Source: Octopus vulgaris (taxonomy: Eukaryota). From it: 64,000 bases of DNA. A program made the translations under genes and the position numbers. Below are positions 54,807 to 64,000 of the stretch, in pieces. The notes beneath the pieces were generated by a model. The model saw only the letters and a program-made list of their open reading frames with translations, was not told where the DNA came from and did not search any database. The stretch spans positions 61,442,001 through 61,506,000 of the forward strand of contig OX597833.1 in assembly GCA_951406725.2 (NCBI GenBank), written 5' to 3'. How positions within the stretch are numbered: the stretch's first letter is position 1; each line of letters starts with the position of its first letter.

Positions 54807-55018
54807 TATAATAATTATTATATTTGGATTTATTATTCAATTTGTTTTTGTTATTTTGATCTCAAATCCCTCCTCTATGAAACCTGTACTCTTAGGTCTG
54901 CTTAGACACTGTCTTGGGGCTAAATAGCAATAATTCTACATTCACTGAGAAAAGGGGATTAAACAAGGCATAAATGGGGGAGCATTGTTGTTGTTAGGGG
55001 AGCACACACACACGCATG

Positions 55019-55068
<50 letters not shown>

Positions 55069-56228
55069 AGCACATACATGTATATTTACATTCACAGGTA
55101 TATCTACACAGATATACACACGTATACACACACACACGCACACACAAACAAACACACAGACACACTCACACAAACACACACACACACATACATGTATATT
55201 TGCATATATACATAAGTATTCATAGGTATATATACACATATACACGCACATACACACTCACACACAAGCACACACACACACACACACATATATATATGCA
55301 CACATACACATAGATACATGTGTTCACACATTCAAACATGTACACATGTATACACATATACATGCATACATACATACGTACTTATGTACACACAACATAC
55401 ATATATTCACATTGCTTTCAAATTTGCCTGAAATTTTATGGGGAGGGGACAGTCGATTACAGCTAACCCCTTGCTCAACTGTACTTATTTTATCAACCCC
55501 CAAAAAAGATAAAACACAAAATCGGCCTCAGTCGAATTTGAACTCAGAACGTTAAGATTGACAAAATGCATTTCCCCTGCCATGCTAATGGTTCACCTAA
55601 TTTGCTGCCTCTGTACAAATACAAATATTAGGAGCATTATTAAGTGGGAACGTGCTAAGGGGTCAAGCAGACAATAGGGGAAATCTCCAGAGGAAGAACT
55701 CCCGTCGAGCAAGTATTTGGGTGTGTTAGTTCTGGACATTCTAAGGGAGCTGGGTCCACCTTGGACATAACTCCTTGGTGTCCTCCTGCTGGATCTGAAA
55801 TGCCACTTATAGTAGGAATTGAACTCGGGCCTTTCTGGTGTTTCTTATTTCTTTGATGTTTGGTAGCAACAAATATTTACCAATGAAAGGACCCTACATT
55901 AGGTGTAGGGTTAAAATTATTATTGAAAAAAGGCAAAACTATAACTAGAAATGTTTTGAGGGTTGCTTAAATACATATGCACACACACACACTGTCATAC
56001 ATAAACACATAAACACATACTGTATGCATGTATGTGTTTTATAGACATGTACACACACATATATATACATGCATGCATACATACATACAGACAGACATAT
56101 ACATATATATATATATATATATACACACACATATATACACATACACATATATATTATATATACACACACATATATATACACTCACACACACGCACACGTG
56201 TGTGTATGTGTGTATATATATATATATA

Positions 56229-56275
<47 letters not shown>

Positions 56276-56492
56276 ATATATATATTCATACACACACACA
56301 CACGCTATATAACTTTATCTGTCTGACTGTCTTTCCAGCTATCTATTTATATGTGTGTATATGTGTGTTGTGTGTGCGTGTGTATAAGAAGTATGGTGCA
56401 TGCTCCCACCTGGCCAGCTCCTGTCAAACTGTCCGGCACATGCCAGCGTGGCAGGAGAATGTTAAACGATGAAGCTGATGATGATGATGACG

Positions 56493-56530
<38 letters not shown>

Positions 56531-57310
56531 CTGTGTGTAGAATAACTTAATCCCCAAAACCATGGAGTAGCCCTTTGAGGGCCTGTTGCTAATAATAAAT
56601 ATATTCCCTCTGGCCAACACCTGTATTGAGTACTTATTTTAAACTATGGTCTAACCGGCTCTTTACTAGGTATATTCTACACACACACATAAATGCACAC
56701 ACGTGTGTATATATACGTGTGTGTGTATGTAGGTATACATACAATCATACATATATATATATATGTTGTTGTGACCCCTTCGGTCATGAATGACCATGGG
56801 ATTGCACCTAGAAAGTTACCCTCTGCGGCACAAGTCATATATATGTGTATGTATGTATGTGTATGTATGTATATGTGTATGTATATCTGTATATGTTTTT
56901 CTGTGTGTGTGTGTGTGTGAGGCGAAAGAAAGAAAAAATTGAACCCAAGTTGTTTTTACTTACTGCTTCTTCCTACGTTCTGCCATATTTCCTGGAGACG
57001 TATCAAAGAAATACGTCAAGAAGGTATTGATGTACCTATATCTTTATATACACACACATATATGAGTATATATATATATGTGCATGTATGTGTATGTATG
57101 GATATGTGTGTGTGTGTGTATTTTTACGTGGCGGGTTTGCAGAAAGTGTGGAGGTCACATAAGCTGACTAACTGAGAGAGAGAAAAAAAATCAATAAATA
57201 TTCGTTTTTACAAGTGTAATAGGAGTAAATCTGGTGGAGAAACAACACATGGCACAAGGGAAGGATGTCAAGACGTTTATTCTCTTATGTTATATTGCCT
57301 TGTACTGTAC

Positions 57311-57369
<59 letters not shown>

Positions 57370-57374
57370 GTGTG

Positions 57375-57423
<49 letters not shown>

Positions 57424-57802
57424 GTGTGTATGTATGTATATATATATATATATATATATATAGCGGAGTAAACACATAAATGTAAAACAAGGTGGAAAAA
57501 AGAGTACTCAAATACCAGTGGTAGAGTAATATATATATATATATATATATCTCTTTCGGAGAGGCACAAGCACCTACACGCACATATACACACACGGCAG
57601 TAACTTCCACCTACCGAATTCAATCACAAAGCTCCGGTCAGCTCGGGGCTATAGTGAAAGACACCTACCCAAAGTGCCACGCAGTGGGACTGAACCCGAA
57701 ACGATATAGCTAGGAAGCAAGCTCCCTAACCACACATATATACACACATACATACATATATATATATATGTCTATTTGTGTATATATATATATATATATA
57801 GT

Positions 57803-58027
57803 TTTACTCTTTTACTTGTTTTAGTCATTTGACTGTGGCCATGCTGGAGCACCGCCTTTTTAGTCGAGCAAATCGACCCCAGGACTTATTCTTTGTAAGC
57901 CTAATACTTATTCTATCGGTCTCTTTTGCCAAACCGCTAAGTTACGGGGGACGTAAACATACCTAGCATCGGTTGTCAAGTGATGTTGAGGAGACAAACA
58001 AAGACACACAAACACACACGTACACAC

Positions 58028-58059
<32 letters not shown>

Positions 58060-58197
58060 GACGGGCTTCTTTCAGTTTCCGTCTACCAAATACACTCTCA
58101 AGGTTTTTGTAGGCCTGAGGCTATAGTAGAAGACACTTACCCAAGGTGCCACCCAGAACAATGTGGTTGGTAAGCAAGCTACTTACCACACAGCCAC
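57803..58197 (-). mobile_element. SINE family A
   Basis: Reverse copy with a small deletion in the head. Confidence 0.8.
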
Positions 58198-58450
58198 TAT
58201 ATATATATATATATATTATATAGTGTCATTGTTTTTATATTATGTTACATTATGTTGTGTTATATTATGCTAAGCAGTATGGCTACAATTATATGCCTGA
58301 CTATGCTAAAAGAATAAAAGAATATCTTGTATCATATGATGTGGGGGAGGGTACACATACATGCTTATATATGCCTATATGTATGTGTGTTTAATATAAA
58401 TGCTTATAAATACCTATATGCACGTACATGTGTGTGTGTGTGTGTGTGTA

Positions 58451-58643
58451 CGAGGGGGTGCAGAAAAGTTCCTGGCTCTGAGGGTATCGCAAAAGGCCTG
58501 GTTGAAGGCCCAACCTTCCGATGTCTTTTTCAGGGCTTAGAAAAACTGTGAATCTGACAGGGTAATATGGTGAATAAAATCATAATTAACTGATCCTCCT
58601 GTATTTTCTTTTACCGAAAGCCAGGAGCTTTTCGGTACCTCCT
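58451..58643. mobile_element. mariner-derived MITE (~190 bp)
   Basis: TA|CGAGGGGGTGCAGAAAAGTTCCTGGCT ... AGCCAGGAGCTTTTCGGTACCTCCT|TA imperfect TIRs. Confidence 0.7.
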
Positions 58644-58899
58644 TAAATATGTAGGTATATATAGGAGCAGATGTGGCTGTGTGGTAAGAAGTTTGCTTCC
58701 CAACCACATGGTTCTGGGTTCAGTCCTGCTGCTTGGCACCTTGGGTAAGTGTCCTCTGCTATAGCCTCAGGTTGACCAAAGCCTTGTGAGCGGATTTTAT
58801 AGATGGAAACTGAAAGAAGCCCGTCACATATATACATGTGTGTGTCTACGTTTGTCCATTGCCACCCCATCACAACTAGTGATGGTTTGTTTACATCCC

Positions 58900-60120
58900 A
58901 ACCAGCGTCCTGCGTTGATGTTCAGCTGAAGGTATTTGCATTGCTATTTATATTTGATGGGATGCTAGTCTTATAATCACCTCTGATGGTAATACAGTTG
59001 AAGCATGGCTTTTAAAAATGTCAATTCAGATTTCAATTAATTGTAGTAGTTTTGTTTATATTTTGCTGTATGAAGTACATTATTTATTCAGGGATATTTT
59101 CCTTATTTTGGGTTATTATTATTATTATTATTATTAGTAGTAGTAGTAGTAGTATAAATATCATTTATTATTATAATCGTTATTGTAACTAGCATAATTA
59201 CTTTACATGTTGAGCTGTGTTTATTTAAATTGTTTAAATGTACATCTTAAGTGTAGACATCTTAGAGCTTGTTCTTATTTTGTGTTTAGAAGAGTAAATT
59301 TAGAAGTGAAAATTTGGTATATTTCTTCCACACAAAAGTTGCATCTATTATCACCTATTCTAAAAGGTTTTGCCCTACTAATTATTCCCCAGCCAATTAA
59401 AAAACAATTTTTCTAAGACTAGTAGTATTCATTTTGTCCCTATATCTAAACGAATTTAAATGATTAGCAATTCTTTGCTTAATATAGTGTGAGCTAGTTC
59501 TGATATAGAAGTACTCTCTATTCTCTGAGATAACCTTACATCTGCATACAATATTTTTATACCTACAATTATAGTTAAGCAGGCAAACCCTGTTCCTTGT
59601 GAAATCACATTTGATAGTTCTACTACTTCCATTAATAGTTTCCGCTTCAGCTTCACTAGAGGTGACATTCTGAGTACTGTGCTTTCTGGGAATCACACCT
59701 TCCCATTCCAGGTTACTGTGGGAGTTTGTTTGGGTATCTTCCATTTGATCGGTTGTCAAACCCTAGTTCCTGTCATGTTGATGTTGTTGCTATTTATTGA
59801 TCTATGATTATTATTCTAGTTTCTATTGTTATTGTTTATATGGAAACTGTTTAATCTACTAGCATTGTGTGCTGCTATAATTTGTGCTAGATTTCTACTA
59901 TTAGAAAAAAAGCCACTCTAATTCTATGTTTATTAACTGTTCTATAGTACTTACTGATTTTTGGAAGATGTTTAGTCAATGCTGAATAGAATAATTTAGG
60001 TATATTGGAAATTATTTATTTTCTGAAGGGGATTATATTCCACTTAATAATGCTAGATGTGTCTATGTTATTGTGGTATGTAATTCTATTTCTACCTAAG
60101 TTCTTCATGAAAGTGTGTAA
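58900..60120 (-). mobile_element. Decayed Penelope-like element: RT thumb, GIY-YIG endonuclease and 3' UTR
   Basis: Manual translation gives thumb WNIIPF..ISNIPKLF..LTKHLP..NKHRIRVAF/SN..NLAQIIAAHN. Endonuclease KC....VCLLNYNC..KNIVCRCKV...YFYIRTS..IKQRIANHLNSFR...TTSL. C-terminus WGIISRAKPF..RCNFCVEE...LLN...CLH. Stops and frameshifts present. Confidence 0.82.
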
Positions 60121-60242
60121 CCTATTTACCTGGTTTTTATTTTAGCATTGGGTTTGTTTGCTATTATATTTGTCAGTTATTTGTGAAGTATTATTGGCAG
60201 AGCTTACATATTGGTCATTTCATCTATCTGAATGGGACCTCT

Positions 60243-60917
60243 TGCAAATAAAGTCTGATACAGAGACATTGAGCACACTCCAGCAAGCTTATGGTGATGA
60301 GGCAATGGGTCTTACACAATGTTTCAAGTGGCACCGGTGCTTCGAAAGTGGAAGAACATCCTGGAAAGAAATTGAGCAATCTGGAAAACCTGCCACATAC
60401 ATCATACCTGGAAATGTGGTATTGTGCATCAAGAATTCATCCCCCAGGGCCAGAGCATCTTTCAAGAGTTCTACTGCAATATTTTCAAGTGTTTGAGTGG
60501 GGGGGGGGGGGGCATTTGGCAAAAGTGACAAGTGTTTGAAGGGGGACATTTGGGAAAAGAATTAGATCCTTCACCAAGCTCTCTTCACTCTTGAGTTTCT
60601 TGCTAAAATCTACATGGCATAACTTCCACATCCACCCTGCTCACCAGATTTAGCACCAGTAGACTTCCATCTTTTTACCAAGATGAAAGCTCAAAGGTCA
60701 CTGTTGTAACACCATTGTCGAGATCCAAAGCAAATGGCAGGTCCTTGACTCGCTTATGGAAAATGACTTCCCAGCTGAATTCCAAGTGGTAGGAACACTG
60801 GGACCAATGTCTTGTTGCACAAGGGGACTATTTCAAAAGAGGTAATGTTAAAACTTAGGTAAATAAGTTATTTTTTTTACTAAATATAACTAGTCTGGGA
60901 ACCTTTTGATACCACCT

Positions 60918-60919
<2 letters not shown>
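60243..60919 (+). mobile_element. Internally deleted mariner relic
   Basis: KSDTETLSTLQQAYGDEAM..QCFKWHRCFESGRTS..SGKP (HTH region), then LPHPPCSPDLAPVDFHLF; 3' TIR-like GAACCTTTTGATACCACCTTG. Confidence 0.8.
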
Positions 60920-60951
<32 letters not shown>

Positions 60952-61143
60952 GCACCAGTGCTGCTAGAAATGAGAGTCAAAAGTGACTCAATTAGCCATA
61001 ATAGAACTTGTTAACTTTCAGTGCTATTGTGGCTAATTGAGTCCATTTTGACTCTCATTTCTAGCAATGCTGGTGCTATCTAGTACCCTTGCTTAGAAAT
61101 TTGGCTTTTGCTTTTTTTGCTAACTAGCCATCTATATTATATA

Positions 61144-61533
61144 TCTTTATATATAAAAGTAAGGTTGTGTGCTGTCTGTCTCCTACGATTTAGATTCCTA
61201 ACTACTCCCACATTTTGCGGTGCAGTTTAACCAAAACCGGGTATCTTATAGTCGTGATTCATATCGAGCCCTTCTGGGTATTAGCGCGCGTCTACGATGA
61301 GTCTACGATTAAAAAAAAAATTTACCATCAATTTTTTCCATTTTTAATGCATTTTTGGCATATATAAGGGAAGTAACTCTCTAAAAATTTATTATTAAAT
61401 ATCAGAACGTAAAAAGCTACAGTAACACCTCGCTTTGTGGTTAACTATGATGGCTATTATACTTTACATCTCTAAAAATGCTTATATAGTTATTTCCCTT
61501 ACAAACCCGAGCAACGCCGGGTGATACTGCTAG
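61144..61533 (+). mobile_element. Non-autonomous Helitron, copy 2
   Basis: A|TC start, CCCGAGCAACGCCGGG hairpin, CTAG|T end. Confidence 0.85.
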
Positions 61534-61615
61534 TATATATATATAAGAATTTTTTTGCGTAATAAGATAAAAAAAACAAGGCTGTGTAGATATTAGAGCA
61601 TTTATAGATAGAAGG

Positions 61616-61668
61616 TCTTACAGCTATTTCTAGGATATTAATTAATAATAATATCCCTTCATCGGAGA
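61616..61668 (-). ncRNA. Hammerhead variant (CCGAUGA)
   Basis: TCT-CCGATGA-A-GGGATATTA...TAATATCCT-A-GAAA-TAGCTG-TA|AGA. Confidence 0.55.
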
Positions 61669-63229
61669 TGGTGTGAGAGGATAGTTAAGTCATAGTTAGT
61701 TTAGATGTGATACAAAATAGAGAGTGAGGTGGAGGAAAGAAAATATATATATATACATAAAGTAATCTCTCATTGCAGCCACATTCAGATGAGTGGAACC
61801 AGTAAAGAAAGAGATAAACGATTCTTTCTGTTTCTGCTCGTTTCACTTGCCCATAACCACGTAAAAGCTGGGGAGGTTATTCACATGGAAGAGAGAGACA
61901 CGACAGAGAGAATGTGTGTGAATATATATTTTTGAAGAGTTGGTATCATTCAACAGAATTCATGATTAAAAAAAAAATAAACGATTGCTATAGAAAGACA
62001 AAGAACCAGAAAAAAAGAAATCTGATTAGTGTTTAGTTAAAGCTTGTTTACATTGGCTTGTCAGATAAATTTGTCCATTTATTTTAACCTTTCAGCATTA
62101 TTGTTCTGTCAAATGGAATCCGCATTTATTCACATTGTTTGGAATTAATCGCAATATCTTGTAGCCTCAAAACTTTTATGTGACTGATTATTTTTAGAAT
62201 GGCATTGTAGGGTAGGTGTCATAGGCTAGATCTGGGCAGTTTGAAAATAAAACTGGGAGATTTCTTGGGCTGGATGTGGCCAATTTAAACAGTAATGGGT
62301 TAATTAACAATTTAAATTAACGCAAGAAGTATTTTTATCGTATTTTTTGTTGTTTTAGTTTTGTTTCTCTCACCAACCGATTGTGGCTGTTGCCAGCCTC
62401 CCCTGGCACCTGTGCTGGAGGCACGTAAAAAGCACCCACTACACTCACGGAGTGGTTGGCATTTGGAAGGGCATCAAGCTGTAGAAACACTGCCAGATCA
62501 GACTGGAGCCTGGTGCAGCCTCCTGGCTTCCCAGACCCCGGTCGAACCGTCCAACCCATGCTAGCATGGAAAACGGATGTTAAACGACGATGATGATGAT
62601 GATGATTCTTCCTGTAAAAATTTTGTTTTAATCTGAATAAATTTTACCTATTTCCAGGCATAAATTGATGAATTGCCAAGTAAAAAAAAAAAATGCAAAA
62701 TAAAAAAACAAACAAAAACGAATGAATTTATCTGACAGCCCAAAATTTTATTTTAAAATTTCATTTTCTTCTCTTCAAACATTGCATGGACCAACAATTC
62801 TGTTTCAAGATTCAAGTTACATGTCAAAATTGTTCAGATTTGGATACAGCATCAGGTGACACCCTAAGCCCGTCCTCGGTTCTCGTCAATGACTTCTTCG
62901 AGAGTCTCAAAAAACAGAGTTAGGAAGAGTTCAATGTCAAACAGTTGGTGTTACACAAGGAATTAGATTTGATCTTCAGGGATCAAAGACAAATTGTTTC
63001 GTAAGCACAACAGCGGGAGTACCAACAAGTCAGAAGGCCAGGTCTAGAAAGGAGAAACTGTTTAACTCTATATAAACTGCAGTAATTCTTAATTGGTGCT
63101 TCAATTTATCAACGCAGGGAACAATAAATGTAAACTGAATCCCCAGTTGTATTAGTAGTAGTAGTAGTAGTAGTGATAACAGCAATGATTCTCATTTTGA
63201 CACAAGGCAGGTCATTTTGAGAAGAGGGA

Positions 63230-64000
63230 GCAAGTTGATAACACTGACCCCAGTACTCCCAATAAGGATGAAAAGCAAAATTTATCTTGGCAGAATTTGA
63301 ACCCGGCGTGTTAAGAGCATTAAGTGGTGCCAAGTATTTTGTTTGAGTTGCTAACAATTCTACCAGCTTGCTAGTAAAATTGTTAGCATCAATAATGGTT
63401 TTGTAGTACCAATAATGGTTTGTAGTACCAACAATGGCTTTGAATTTTGGCATAAGGCCAGCAATTCAAGGGAAGGGGTAAGTCAATTACATCTACCCCA
63501 TAACTAACCTCAGTGGAATTTGAACTCAGAACATAAAGATGGATAAAATACCTATTTCTTTATTGCCCACAAGGGGCTAAACATAGAGGGGAAAAACAAG
63601 GACAGACAAAGGGATTAAGTCAATTAGATCGCGCCCCCCCCCCCCCCCAGTGCATAACTGGTACTTTTTTCATTCACCCCGAAAGGATGAAAGGCAAAGT
63701 TGACCACAGTGGAATTTGAACTCAGAATGTAAGGACGGACAAAATACTGTCCAGCATATTAATAAGTCTTCCAGCTCACCACCTTAATAATAACAATAAT
63801 TTCAAATTTAGCCACAAAGGAAGTAATTTTGGGGGAGGGGACAAATCGAGTACATCAGTCCCAGTCTTCAACAGGTACTTATTTTATCGACCCTGAAAGG
63901 ATGAAAAGCAAAATCAGCCACAGCGGAATTTGAACTCAGAACATAAGGACAAAATACCGCTAAGCATTTCGCCCAGGGTGCCAATGGTTCACCAGCTTGC
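63230..64000 (-). mobile_element. Cluster of about four family-F SINE pieces
   Basis: Repeated GAAAGGATGAAA(G/A)GCAAA..GGAATTTGAACTCAGAA blocks. Confidence 0.72.

Overview
Eukaryotic, AT-rich and microsatellite-dense genomic DNA; the repeat families suggest a cephalopod (Octopus-type) genome, which is an inference. Almost all ORFs in the supplied track are microsatellite or repeat artefacts. One host gene is supported: a minus-strand TRIM/RBCC E3 ligase (RING, B-box1, B-box2, coiled coil). Its two phase-compatible coding exons are 52124-51402 and 47629-46933, it probably ends in a tiny terminal exon near 43379, it has no recognisable C-terminal effector domain, and an ISRE-like motif sits just upstream of its ATG. 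The rest is transposon debris: RTE, CR1 and R4/Dong LINE fragments, mariner/Tc1 relics and MITEs, two non-autonomous Helitrons, several modular tRNA-derived SINE families, and a decayed Penelope-like (GIY-YIG) element. The most striking hidden signal is about 14 minimal type-I hammerhead ribozyme motifs from several sequence families. They have family-specific palindromic stem III and sit in short non-coding elements inserted in (TA)n/(CA)n tracts, several of which have an 'inverted repeat plus one-sided tail' architecture, including a ~375-bp near-perfect palindrome at 19549-19924. All motif calls were made by eye, without database searches.
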